In this document: positions 36,517-49,070 of the stretch, in pieces
How the letters are laid out: each line of letters starts with the position of its first letter
How positions within the stretch are numbered: position 1 is the first letter of the stretch
Source of the DNA: Schmidtea nova
Taxonomy: Eukaryota
Assembly (NCBI GenBank): GCA_044892505.1
Contig: CM097883.1
Coordinates: 448,570,001-448,634,000 of the forward strand
Length of the DNA stretch: 64,000 bases
Direction: 5' to 3'
The notes under the pieces: generated by a model
What the model saw: the letters and a program-made list of their open reading frames with translations, nothing else
Told to the model about the DNA's origin: nothing
Databases searched by the model: none
Program-made: the position numbers and the translations under genes

Positions 36517-38247
36517 TTTGATCTTTTTTTATTATTATTATCAATAATTCTCATAATGACTATAGATCAAATTTTTTTTATAAACAATAACACAATATTT
36601 CGGCACAGCCTTTATCATACATGCTGTGCCGAAATATTGTGTTATTGTTTATAAAAAAAATTTGATCTATAGTCANNNNNNNNNNNNNNNNNNNNNNNNN
36701 NNNNNNNNNNNNNNNNNNNNNNNNNNNNNNNNNNNNNNNNNNNNNNNNNNNNNNNNNNNNNNNNNNNNNNNNNNNNNNNNNNNNNNNNNNNNNNNNNNNN
36801 NNNNNNNNNNNNNNNNNNNNNNNNNNNNNNNNNNNNNNNNNNNNNNNNNNNNNNNNNNNNNNNNNNNNNNNNNNNNNNNNNNNNNNATCACAGTCGTCCA
36901 CCCCAACGACAGACATGCTTCATTAAAGGTAAAATAAAACCTCATTATAAAATAAAATCTTCTAAACTGATTGAATTCATCAATAAACCCTGAAAATAAC
37001 AATCTTCGAAATTTACCTAAATAAATCTATTTAAATATAATTATTATACTATATATCATAATTTATTAAAAATGGAAATAATGGAAACCGTAACATTAAA
37101 TTGAATTGATATAAAACATAACTTCTACAGTATCGTTAAAGCGATACTTTACATATTTTAAACATTAGTATGAAATAATTTATAATAAAATTATCACAAT
37201 TTTTCACAATATAAATTATTCACAAAAACTTTAATTAACAAAATAACTTATAATATTAAAATAAATGATAATAAAATTATTTTTTCCTCATGATCATTGA
37301 TATAATACATGAAGATTCTTAAATTTAAATATTTTGATAATCTTAATCATATCTATGACTGTTAATTCTAAAGTTAAATCTAAATTTAAAATTAATTAAT
37401 ACTTGCGTTTTTTGTATATTATCAGTTCTTGTATAGAACAATGTTCTTGTATAGAATAATTTTTCTATGTAAAACAAGGTTTTTTTGTAAAAATATTTTC
37501 AGATGTAGAAAATTAATGTTTTTCTAACGGAACCAGGTAAGTCAACGCAATGATTTAACATGTATAAATCTCATTTGTCTTGTGAAAGTTTAGCGGGTGG
37601 GGTAGTAAATACTATTTCTTGTATTTTATTTGTTAATGATTTTAAGACATATTTTAGTGAAAACACACATATTTAGTATATTTTATGATGATTTAAGTAA
37701 ATAATATGGTCATTGCTTATTTGAATACCTGTTAGCCAAAACTTACTTGTCACAGTAAATTAATGCGGTTTATATGAATAAGGAATTACTGACACATATA
37801 AATTATAGTAAAATCTTTAGTTTACAATTTCTTTGTTGCCTATACACATGATTTACAATCAAGTTGCAATAGAATTGCAATCAAGTTGCAATAGATTCTA
37901 CAACTTGCCAGATCCTACAAGAAGGATTCAAAAATTCATTACAAAGATTAGCTTCCGAGACTTTTTTCATAAAAAAATACAAACCGTTCATCAACATTCA
38001 ATTCGCACAAAAAAATTAAAATAAAATTTTTTTCATCCAATAAAATCATTATAAAATATAAAATAAATAATTAGGGTTACTATTTAGGATTAAGTTAATA
38101 TAACGATTGAAATACACACTTGATAAAGGCTGCGCCGAAATATTGTGTTATTGTTTATATAAAAATTTTTTTTATCTATAGTCATCATTATGAGAATTAT
38201 TGATAATAATAATAAAAAAAGGTCAAAGGTTAAAAAAGATAATTATG

Positions 38248-38306
<59 letters not shown>
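36517..38306. mobile_element. Long-TIR foldback element (same family as 21011-21243), interrupted by N-gap, ending in (TA)n
   Basis: 36517-36617 is a near-perfect inverted copy of about 38120-38225. Perfect hairpin of about 52 bp at 36558-36609/36623-36675 between the gaps. (TA)n at 38250-38306. Confidence 0.75.
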
Positions 38307-38309
<3 letters not shown>

Positions 38310-38554
38310 CCGCGTTTTCTAGGTATGTTCTAGTCATTCGTGAACGACTAAACAACTTTTAGGATTTTTATTCTATTTCTAGAAGTTTTATTTTTGTACA
38401 CACAAAAGTTTTATTCATTAATTATTAAAAAATGTATTCTGTATTGTAATAAAACTATAATATATAAAGAAATTTAACTATCACTCGAAACCACTGTATT
38501 TTTACTTTGTTAACATTGCAATCTACTATGTACCAAGTATTTTCGGAAACAAGT

Positions 38555-38730
38555 AACCTTGCAGACCTAAATTTGTCAATCCCATCAACTACAGTGCCGG
38601 TTAAACGAAGTATTTATCATTGAAACGAATTAAAAGTAATTCTCGTTGTACAATGTCACAAGAACGTTTTCATGGGTTAGCCTTGATGTCTATTGAAAAA
38701 GGACTACTATTTGATTTTAATGAATTATGT
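38555..38730 (+). mobile_element. hAT transposase C-terminal dimerisation-domain remnant
   Basis: LSIPSTTVPVKRS/LKRIKSNSRCTMSQERFHGLALMSIEK, with a frameshift. Confidence 0.8.
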
Positions 38731-38930
38731 TATTTCAAATTTTGTGAAAAAATCCAGAAGAGTGGACTTCATCTTTAAAGAAGGATGGTAAACTTTGGAG
38801 TAATTAACTTAGAGGCGTTCAGTCTTAATCTTTCGGATGGTAGCTTCGTGCCAATGACCTTTCGATCAAGCACATTTACCAGTGATCCGAATTTGCGGTT
38901 CCTCTCGTACTGAGCGGAATTACCATTGTA

Positions 38931-39352
38931 ATGACTACTTATATAGTAGAGGTAGACGAGTAACGGCGGACGTGGTTCAGTCCTACCGAAATGAAGGATG
39001 TATTGAAGGGTAAGGACAGAATGCAACGGTCTCTCGATGAGCATGCCAAGGAACTATCAGGGGTCAAGTTAGAGCTGAACTGATGCTTGTAATCCGTAGC
39101 AAACTACTTTATCGAGAGAACCAGATCCGCTCAAGTACTTTTGAGCGCTGGATCCCACGAACGAGTCTAGACATGAACACGCAGACTACGGAGACTCTAC
39201 CTACCAGGGGAAGTATGAACGCCGACGTAGGTATTACATCCGATCCTCAATCAGTGCCTATAAAGCCGAAAAAGAGGAATCGATTGGGCGCGAAAAGACG
39301 CCGTGAGCTTAGAGCATTTGCAAAACGCATGGGGATTGAATTCAACCTTTAA
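38931..39352 (+). pseudogene. Disrupted homolog of the 973-1464 orphan ORF
   Basis: WFSP at 38973-38984, in-frame stops at 38961, 39080 and 39089, and a frameshift near 39110 into the frame ending at 39352. See the alignment under 973-1464. Confidence 0.75.
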
Positions 39353-39499
39353 AGCGGCTTAACAGAAAAACAACTGATCAATGTTATTAATACTGATGTG
39401 TTTTTAAGCTAAATAAACGTATTGTATTGTAGTTACGTTAATTTTTATTTTTTATGCATGAATGAACCTTGGAAATATGAATGAAGGATGATTGATAAA

Positions 39500-39640
39500 T
39501 AAAACGGACCTTATGAAACCCACAAAGGACCTTCTATCAGTCGTGGTGAACCCGTAGCATTAATAGGGGGAAATAACCGCCTATGTTGCTCACCTGCCCT
39601 ATTTATCTACACTGCTAAGCACATTACCAACAATCCGAAC
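39500..39640 (-). mobile_element. Structured terminal motif of the unclassified element family, copy C
   Basis: Reverse complement reads GTTGGTAATG(39622-39631), GGTGAGC(39588-39594), stem AGCA..ATAGG/CCTAT..TGCT, GGGTTC and GATAGAAGG(39530-39538). Confidence 0.7.
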
Positions 39641-39709
39641 ACCCAGCAAAATCCCATGTTTAACATCGACAAACAAAACCAACACTCATATAAAATCAGT
39701 GATATTTCA

Positions 39710-40224
39710 ATGTGAATTATCATTTGACCAAAAAGAAAAAGAAGAGAGAAATGTGAAACAGTGTCGAGGAAACCAATTCAAACTTTAAACCAGTAAAAAT
39801 AATAATCTCCCTTTCGGTTACCTACCTTCTTGTGTTATATATTTTAGAAAGGTGCAGATCAAATCTGAAAGTGTTATTGACCAGATAATTGTTGTTTTGA
39901 AAATCAATAAATCTTCTGTGTTGGGTATTGGATTTATTCAATTTGCACAAAGAGCACGAAGAGTCAGAGTTAATTCTGACAAAAGTTATGATAACCCAAC
40001 AAAAATTAAAATTCTTTCTCCTTTTAACAATAGGTTTCTCTCTCTTTAACTTAAATGTGTATCGTTTGTTATATGATTTTAGTGTAATTGATATATTTAA
40101 AAGTTTATTTTTGTTCAGGAAGAACCAACATCCGATACAGTCCGAGCCGTTAGCGAAACTCGACAAAAAATTTGAATCAACCTGGTTTTGTCTAAAAGCA
40201 ATGCAAAAGAATATCAAGAAATAA
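39710..40224 (+). CDS. Candidate 3' exons of an unidentified spliced gene
   Basis: Phase-consistent chain ...QTLN(ca|GT..AG|a)KVQIKSESVIDQIIVVLKINKSSVLGIGFIQFAQ...PFNN(ag|GT..AG|g)KNQHPIQSEPLAKLDKKFESTWFCLKAMQKNIKK*. No start found. Confidence 0.35.
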
Positions 40225-40651
40225 AGCGAAATTTTAACTTCAAAAGTAAACTGTGAAATTTATCAGAATTGAACAAATACGATTTATTTTTAGATCGATA
40301 AAGTATAAATTCAGAATCCAGGAATTGATTGTATTTTATATATTTAAATATATATATAATCAATAAATTTTTATTAAAAATTAAAGTTAGCAATCAATGA
40401 ATGATAATTTTCAAATTTTCAGATTTAAAAAATGACTTGAAAACACGTCGTTTTAATGATTTATCATATTAAACTATTTAATAAAAATGAAAATTTATTC
40501 AAATAAATAAAATAACAATATTTTGTAAATATATTTTTGCAATATATTTCGACAGGTCAGCTGTCATCTTTGGGCAATAAACACATTAAAATTTATCTCA
40601 AGATTTGTTTAAATTGTCGACAGAGTTTTTCAATTTAAATTTTCAAACACG

Positions 40652-43600
40652 ATGGTAAATTTTTTTTTCGGTTTTCATTTATTAATTAATAATATATTAT
40701 TTATTTTTAGAGTCGATTTTATCATGCATTAAGCAGTGATTCTGATTCCAGTGATTCTGAGGAGGAAGTTGTAGTGGAAAGGCCAATTGCTTTGTAAGTG
40801 AAATTTTTTTGAGTCATTTTTAATGTTTTCAATTCGTTTTCAATATAGTGACGATTCAAGTGAAAGCGAAGATGAGAGACGAATCGTTAAATCTGCAAGA
40901 GAAAAAAAGTTATTATTTTTATATTTCATTGAATAAAATTCAAAATCAAATGCCAATTGATAGATATGAAGACTTGCAAGGAATTGTTAAAAACTTGAAA
41001 AATCACAAAAATATTCAAGATATCACTAAAGTTTTGGAGGATTTTGAAGAATTGACGAAAAGCTACGAGAAAGCTCACAAAACAATGGAAACAGATGGAG
41101 TTTTGAAGTTCTACATTCGAGTAATTGCTGAATTGGAAGATTTTACAAACAGTTCTTGGGCAAACAAAAAAAATCTCAGTAAAAACAATTCGAAAAGTCT
41201 AGCGGCCCTACGACAGAAAATCAAAAAATACAACAAAGATTTCGAAATGCAAATTGCTGATTTTCGTGAAAACAGTGATTTGTATCCATTGGAATTGGTG
41301 CCGGAAATTATTGAAGGTTCGTATAAAGCAATTATCCGGGGATTGAGTGGGGATAATTTCTGGGTTATTGTGATTGTTTAGATAGGAAAAAATTCACTTT
41401 TTAATTCTGTTTTTAAAATTTTTCTTCAAATAATAATAAAATCAAACACAATAAATTTAATATCAAAATGATCACATTATTCCATTGGCCAAATAAAAGA
41501 ATGTTCATAGCCGACGTTTCACCTGAGGTTCACAAATACACTCAGAAAATTTTCTGAATTTTACAACTCCGACAGAGGGAATGCTTCTTAAAGTATAATA
41601 TAACTTTCTATTATTAACTAAAAGAACACATGAACTGAATAGAAGACTCTCACAAAATTGATTAGTATCTGATCTGGCACAATAGTGAAACAAGAATATT
41701 CCTTTCGCTTACTATTTAATTTTTAATAAAATCCCTACATTAAATGTCTGCAAATAAGTAGATAAATAATTTAATTTCCTAAAATTAGATTTAATTTTTG
41801 AGGATTGACAAAGCAGCCTGTTAAGTTTGGGAAATTTATTTCCACAATGACATGATTGAAATTATTAATTAGTTAATTTATAAATTTTAATAAATGGTGA
41901 TCCATATCGATTGAAAATTATTACATTCGTCCTTATCTTTTCATTTGCCACCTATACATACTTTTTTTTAAAAATATTGATTTATCATTTGTCAGTTTTT
42001 TATTACAATAATTTGTGCTAGCCCAGCATAATGCTATATATTTCAGAAGAGAAAGCTATCGAAAAAAAACTGGAAGACCCGAAAAAAGTTTCCATTATGA
42101 AAGATAAATCCGATTCCGAAGATGAAATGTGGGATCAGGACAGTTATAGCGAGTCGTCTTCGTCGGAAGATGAAGAAGAAATTGAATTGTACAAAAATGA
42201 TCCAGCAGCTAGATTTTTAAAGTCGCACACGAGTAAACAAAAGGATAAAAAGAAGAAAGAAAAGCGTGGAAAAGATCAAAAAGAGTACAGGATAAAAGAT
42301 AGAGATGATGAAAACGGCTGGACAACTGTTGATATGTACGGAAGACCAGAGGTAAAACTATTTGCCGATGATGAAGAAATAACGAGAGAATCTATTCTCA
42401 ATAAAATGAGATCTGAACTCGAAGGTAGAACGAGCAAAAAGGATCAGAGAAAATCTCAAGTTGATATTTTACAGCAATTAATCGATCTTGTCGTCAATAG
42501 GGGATTTGGAATAGGATTGCAGGTGAAAATTATGGTTTCACTCGTTTCTCTATTGTTGCAATACAAATGCAGCGCTTCAAATCCTTGCATGAGCCTTGAC
42601 AATTGGAAAAGGTAGGTATATATTTTTATTAATGTGATTTTGCACTGCAAAGTAATGTTTTTTGTTATTTCTACTTTGTGGTATTTTAGCTTATCAAATT
42701 TATGTAGTAATCAATAAGGTTTGGTTTTATATATATTTAAATAAATCAATGCAAATTATATAAAAATAATGTGAACCAATAATTATCATATTTTTTTGGT
42801 AACCATTGATTTTTTCAATTTCAAATATTCAATTTTTATCGTGTAAATTATTGGATTTTGCACATGGGGGATGGGGTATCTGCAAATCCGAGGTTATGTC
42901 AACATCTATTAACTAAAAATATGGTTGTTCGAATGACTTCAAGCAATAAATGAATCTACTGCAAAATAATACTTATGTAATAAAACACTTTATTTTCAAA
43001 AAAAATAGTTAAAAGTGCCGTAATAAAACTGATAACTCTTATTTAGTAATAACGTTTTAAATATAAATAAAAATTTTACTTTATCAGATATTGCTCAAAA
43101 GTAGCTTTTATAAATTATATTTTCTAAATTCAATTGATTGGGATTGGAAATAAGAAGCTCTTTCGTACGTACGCATAAAATAAATGGTCGAAAAATCTGC
43201 TATATGCAACAGGGAGGTATGAAATTAAGACCGTACACGCAATATATGGACAGCCTTTTGATCTAATTCATGTACCAATAAAATGCAATTAAGCTTATAA
43301 ATGTGGCAACTTATCATAGTAAAAAATCTTCAACCACTCATCAGTTAAAAATTCCACAATCTCGTGAATGGATTTTGGAAATTTTCAAGTGTATATAAAG
43401 AAATTTAACTTGTCCCTGGTTGTAAATTATAACCAAATCAGTATAAACAGCACGAAACCATTCTTTCGTCGTGTATAGATTGTTTTTTCATTTACAAATG
43501 TTTGATAGGCTGTACTGAAAACGTATAATTATTTGTAACAAAACGTGAATAGAATCGATTTATCAATAAATGACAATTTGATCATTATATAAATTGATTG

Positions 43601-45049
43601 TAGAATTCTCGAGATCACATTCGACATTGTGGAGATATTGAACAAGAATACCAACGACATTTCCATGAGAATTAGTGATATTGATGAAAATGAGAAACTT
43701 GATGTAATTTCATTTAATCATTGAATTGCGAATTCACTAATTGATTTCAGGTACCACCTTATACTGTCGGTGGATGCATTATCGGATTCCTCGAACATTT
43801 AGAGGATGAGTACACAAAAATTCTAACGTGTCATGATTTCTCATCAGACAAAGAGGTTGAATATCGTGAAAAGTTGCGATTTGAAACTAAAATTATGTCG
43901 CTGTGTAATTTAGTTAGTGAATATTTGAATAAAAAGAATTACGGCGATGACGAGAAATGTCGAGTGTACATGCGACAATTAGAGCACATTTATTATAGAT
44001 TCGATACCACTGTTGGAATTAAGGAGGAAATACCAAGTTATAAAGAAATGAGAAAATTGTCAGGATTTATAACTTCTCGAGATGAAACGGATCGATTGAG
44101 AACTAGAGCGATTTTGTGCCATATTTACTATCTGGCACTTCACGATTATTGGTTTGAGGCCAGAGATATGATGGCCATGTCGGGGCTGACAAATCATATT
44201 GATCGTGCTGATGCATCAACTCAGATATTGTTTAATCGGGTTACTGTGCAATTGGGATTGTGTGCATTCCGACGCGGATGCATCAAAGAAGCTCACCAAG
44301 CTCTAGCTGAATTACAAGGATCAGGAAGAGTTAAAGAAATTCTAGCCCAAGGAACTCGATTAAATCGAAATGAGGCTACCCCAGAAGAATTATATCGTGA
44401 AAAAATGTTTCTGCAGCCGTATCACAAGCACATAAATGTCGATGTAATTGAATGTGCATATCTAGTATCAGCAATGCTAACCGACGTCAATCATTGTCAC
44501 ATGCAACAAGCTGATGGCCGTCGTGTCATGATCAGCAGAAATTTCCATTACGTATTGAAAAATAGCGACAGAAACACTCTTAACGGTCGACCAGATAATT
44601 TAAAAGAACATGTTGTAGCTGCTTCGAAAGCTCTTTTTAACGGTGACTGGAAAACTGCAGCTAATCATATATTTGACGATAAAATGAAAAAGTCAGTTTG
44701 GGCACTTTTTAGAAATTTCGAAGAGTTGAAAATAATAATTATCGAGAAAATAAAGCTGGAGTCAATGAAAGCTTTCTTATTAAGCAAGGCCAATGTATTC
44801 AATTCATTGAGCTTGAAATACTTGGTTGATATATATGAATTAAGTCAGCATTCAGTTCATCAGTTAATAAGTAAAATGATTCTTGATGGAAAATTAAAAG
44901 CTTCCCTCGATGAACCATCGAATTGTTTAATAATGCATAGAACCAGAACTTCTGGCCTTCAAATTGCGGCGCTGAAACTCGCGGACAAAATTTCTCAACT
45001 GGCCGAATTAAATGAAAAATTGCAAGATGCTTCTAAACCGAAATACTAA
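40652..45049 (+). CDS. EIF3C: Eukaryotic translation initiation factor 3 subunit C (about 820 aa, 7 exons)
   Basis: Exons 40652-40654, 40711-40793, 40849-40908, 40964-41316, 42047-42611, 43604-43703, 43751-45049 (2463 nt, all GT-AG, phases consistent). MSRF..SDSD N-terminus, LRTRAILCHIYYLALHDYWFEARD, QILFNRVTVQLGLCAFR and a PCI domain. Confidence 0.95.
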
Positions 45050-45392
45050 TCATTTCTTCGAACAGTTAAAGTTGATGTTCTTTAATAAAATTTGGTTTCT
45101 GACTAGTGACGTCTTATTATTTTTAATTGTTATAAGATTTTTAAATTGTTAATAAATTATATTTAAAAATTGTTGATTATCTAAAAATTATCCAATCAGG
45201 GTTTAGATGAATAAAAATATCACTATTCAAGTAGGAATATAAATTAATTTAATAACTCATCACGTTAGGGATAAAATAGTATAGCAGAATATCGGAAGCC
45301 AATTCAGGATCAGAAAATCAATATTATATAATTTTGAAATTAAACATTTAACCAATTTAAAATTTACCAATAAGAATTATTCTTTCTGATCA

Positions 45393-45487
45393 TTTTTACA
45401 TTAATACATCAACTAAAATCGATTTAATTGTATTAATAATTTAATTAATACAATTTAATCGCTTTAGTTGATATATTAATGTAAAAA
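45393..45487. repeat. Long AT-rich palindrome (arms of about 44 bp, 6-nt loop)
   Basis: 45393-45437 vs the reverse complement of 45444-45487, about 4 differences. Confidence 0.9.
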
Positions 45488-46719
45488 ATCAATAAAATCA
45501 TCATTGAAGTTAGCAGCTCAAAATTTTTCAAGAAATCTTTAAGAAAAAAAATTGAATTACAGAAAATCGATTCCCGATAAACAAAAAATCAATATTACAT
45601 AATATGAAAATATAAACATATAAAATTGACCAATAAGAAGAAAGCAAACAAAAAATAATAGATCTATTTATATTATTACGTTAAGTTGTCAAAAAATTAG
45701 GAAAGATGAATCCAAAAACTTGCCCAGGTGGAAGAACTGATCGTGAGCAGCGAAATTATCATATATTGGATTCTATTTCAACAGTATCAATTAATTTAAC
45801 TAAAAAGAAATTTAATTTTTGCTTTTATGCTATAAATCTAAACACACACACAAAATCATAATAAAATGAACCAATTAGAGACGAGAAAATAATCGATATA
45901 TTCTGTGTCGTATTATGATTTTGTGGGCCAATTGCAAAATTGAGAAAATTTTTGCGGTAGCTCTTCTATTTTGAGAAAACGCTGTCATCACTCAGGTTAA
46001 CTCGGCCTAAGAGGGTCTTGAATTGTCTAGCGCAATAACTTATATCGCAAGTTTCTTTGGAAAAAATACTATTTCACCAAAAAAAATTCTTTATCAAAGA
46101 ATTGAGGTACAAATATATTTATTATAAATAAATTGTCATGCAGAATTGAGATTTTATAGGTAAATTTCATTACGAAGAATTTTTAAAAAAGGAGCGCAAA
46201 TTTGTTACCCACACATTAGTGGATCTTGCGTAATCGTAAATATGATACTGAGTGCAGTTTAAAACACACATCCAAAATTATGTAAAATTGATCAATAAAA
46301 AAGTAGAAAAAATAGAAATAATCAAATTATCTTTACAATTATATATAAAAACAGAAGATGTCAAGAAAATACGAAAGATTAATCCAAAATCTCTTCCGAA
46401 TTGAAGAACTTATCATAAGCAGCAGAACAAATGAATAGTAATGATATCATTTTACTTCAAAATCATTAATTAAAACCCTACAATGCGCAATTTTTTTTAA
46501 TAAAAGAAAAATTTATTTAAAAGAAAAACGAAAAAAAATAATTTGTAATAAAATCCTTCCAAAATATTAAGTTTGACAAAAGAACCAATTAAACTATATT
46601 GACAAGAAATTTAAAACCATTGTAAAATCATTCATAGTTTATGCTATATATGATACGTAATATAGATCATCTTTATAAATCGGAATTCTTTTTGGAACGG
46701 AGCACATGTAATATTAGTA

Positions 46720-46962
46720 TGCCTTTACATTAGATAGTATTAATCTTCATTTATTAGTGTTTTTTGATAATTTATTTATAAATATTTTTTAAATGAATTT
46801 TGATGCAAAACAAAAGTATAAGTGACCAAATGACGAAGTATAAAGTATATACATTTACTTTTTATTAAAATTCATCTAAAAATTAATTATCATAATTACC
46901 AAAGAACACCAATAAATTAAATATTAAAATATCCAATGCAAAAATCATACTATCAAACCCTA
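46720..46962. mobile_element. Degenerate copy of the 61222-61515 MITE
   Basis: Shares TTCATTTATTAGTGTTTTTTG, GTGACCAAA.GACGAA, ATTAAAATTCATCT and the right TIR ATGCAAA..TCATACTATCAAA, followed by (TA)n. Confidence 0.8.
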
Positions 46963-47380
46963 TATATATATATATATATGTCCCGTGGTCGCCAGCTTCA
47001 ATATACATGTAATTTGACACTTGCGAATGGTACTTTGTGTAGAGCTTAGACATCCACTCGAGGCAGAGAAAAAATTCATTATTTCCGCATAAATAAAAAT
47101 ACCTATTCGGCTCTTAAAGTTACGAAAGAAACGGAGGCTCTCAAGAAAATGAGGAGTAGCAAAACAAAACAATTTATTTTTATTTTAAATCATATTTCAA
47201 AATCTTCAATTAATTAATTAAAAAAGAATTCAATTTGTACCTCAAACATTCAACACACACGCAAACGAACAAATATCAAACTGACCAATCAGAAATAAGA
47301 CAAGAAAATAATTGATTTATTCATATTATTACATTTATAGAGTACAAAATATCAACTAGAAAATCGATTTATTAGCCATA

Positions 47381-48151
47381 TCAACCAGCGCGACACTCGG
47401 GACAAAACCATTCACCATTCGGTACATCGATCACATTGACACATTTGTTGTGAAACCATTCAATTTTACAGCTGCTGTTATCGCATGCGATCATTTTACC
47501 GAATGCGCCTTTCTTGCAGTAACAATAACAGTTATTATTATTATTATTGTTCCGTTTCCCAGTGTTACTCTCATTGCTATTGCTGTGATCAATGAAACCC
47601 CGCTGAGGCTGTCGGTGATGATTTGCTGTAGCGGTGCAATGGAGTAATTTATTATGGTTATATTTGCATTTCGATTGAGTTATTATTCGCAGACTTCGGC
47701 GGCTTTTATCACGCTTTGTTAGCTGTTTTTTGTGATGGTTTGTTGGAGAATTTATCACTTTTTCTTGTGACTTTTCAACTACAATTAATTGTTCATTTGA
47801 TGAGCTAATGTTGCTTTCAATTGATTCTTCTTTGCTTCTTGTTTCAGTTGATTGATTCCCGATGTCTAATATCTTTTTATTGTTGCTGTTGCTGTGGAGA
47901 TATTCAGACATTCTATCACAGTTGATAGTTTTTCTATCAAGCATTTGGTGGATTTCCAATAGGATGTTTTCATATCGATAAATAGTTTCATCTGAATCAA
48001 ATATTATAATGTTTTCTAGTTCGTTGAGGAGTTGATTTATTTTATAATCTAGTTTTGAGTGTGATAATAGCAGGGAAAGCAATAAATCTTTGAAATCTTT
48101 TTCCAAATTGCAGTTTAATGAGATTGTTTTGGGATTTGCAAAATTAGACAT
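47381..48151 (-). CDS. ING-family PHD-finger protein (256 aa)
   Basis: C-terminal CYCKKGAFGKMIACDNSSCKIEWFHNKCV..PNGEWFCPEC and a helical N-terminus. A 56-nt GT-AG intron (48152-48207) abuts the ATG. Confidence 0.9.
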   Translation of the reverse strand: MSNFANPKTISLNCNLEKDFKDLLLSLLLSHSKLDYKINQLLNELENIIIFDSDETIYRYENILLEIHQMLDRKTINCDRMSEYLHSNSNNKKILDIGNQSTETRSKEESIESNISSSNEQLIVVEKSQEKVINSPTNHHKKQLTKRDKSRRSLRIITQSKCKYNHNKLLHCTATANHHRQPQRGFIDHSNSNESNTGKRNNNNNNNCYCYCKKGAFGKMIACDNSSCKIEWFHNKCVNVIDVPNGEWFCPECRAG

Positions 48152-48849
48152 CTAGAAAAAAATTATTTTTAAGTTAATTAGTTGAAGTAAGTGAAAAAAA
48201 GATTTACTTGTGATGGTTTTAGTTGAAGAAAATTGACGTAAAATTGGGTTAAATTAAAGCAAAGAGAAGCATAAGAAAAGAATTAGAATTTTGATCATTT
48301 TTGAAAAGATTTTCTGTTTTTATAATATATAAACAAATGTAACGTAATATTAATTTAATCCAGTATTTGTAATTAAAACTTTTAAAAAAAAGAAATATTA
48401 AATTTTAATAAGGTCTTTTATTTTGTTCATCTTTAATATTTTCTTTTCAATTTAAAAGAAATTTTTAACTTTTATTTATTTTAAGACTAGATAGAATTTT
48501 TTTTATCGGTACATGAATTTTGATCGATATCCTGCGTTACTACTGTGCAAATTAAGGTCTTAGGGTTCCTGTCGCTATATTAAGTTGCTACTGTTGCGTA
48601 AGGTGTTGATACCCGCAAAAAGCGATAGTTTGTTGGTTCCAGAACTATAATTGATCTGGCATCAAGTGGGTACAAGGGCTTCGTTAGAAAATCTGTGTCC
48701 GTTGAATTTCAAATTCTTGCCTTTTGTTTTTGAAATACATATTGAAATATATATATATTGTTTTTTGAAATATATATTGGGTTTACATATAATTTTATTA
48801 CTGGCATATTCATTTCTTTGACTTCTATTTGAATATTAATACCATATTG

Positions 48850-49070
48850 ATGGTGGGTTGTTGACCGTCAATATGACCTTGACGTTGCTATGGCTCATAT
48901 CAACCACTCAACATACAAAACATTAGATTGACCATCTTGTTGCCCGTCACAATGTAACGTGGTAATGCAACAAATAGGTGGGTATTCGCAATCAGTGAGC
49001 GCCGAAAAATTCGAGACTGTGATTGAACGAATATATCCTGGGTCCAACGGCTACCGATAGAAGGTTTAAT
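48850..49070 (+). mobile_element. Structured terminal motif of the unclassified element family, copy D
   Basis: GTGGGTTG(48853)/CAACCAC(48901) hairpin, GTTGC/GTAAC stem, TGGTAATG(48960), GTGAGC(48995), GGGTCC(49040), GATAGAAGG(49056-49064). The minus strand near 49420-49500 reads ELEN*IKVRKCL, similar to ELEATKIELRKCL. Confidence 0.65.

Noticed and set aside
36287-37002. ORFs containing long X runs
   Set aside because: Artefacts of N-gaps.
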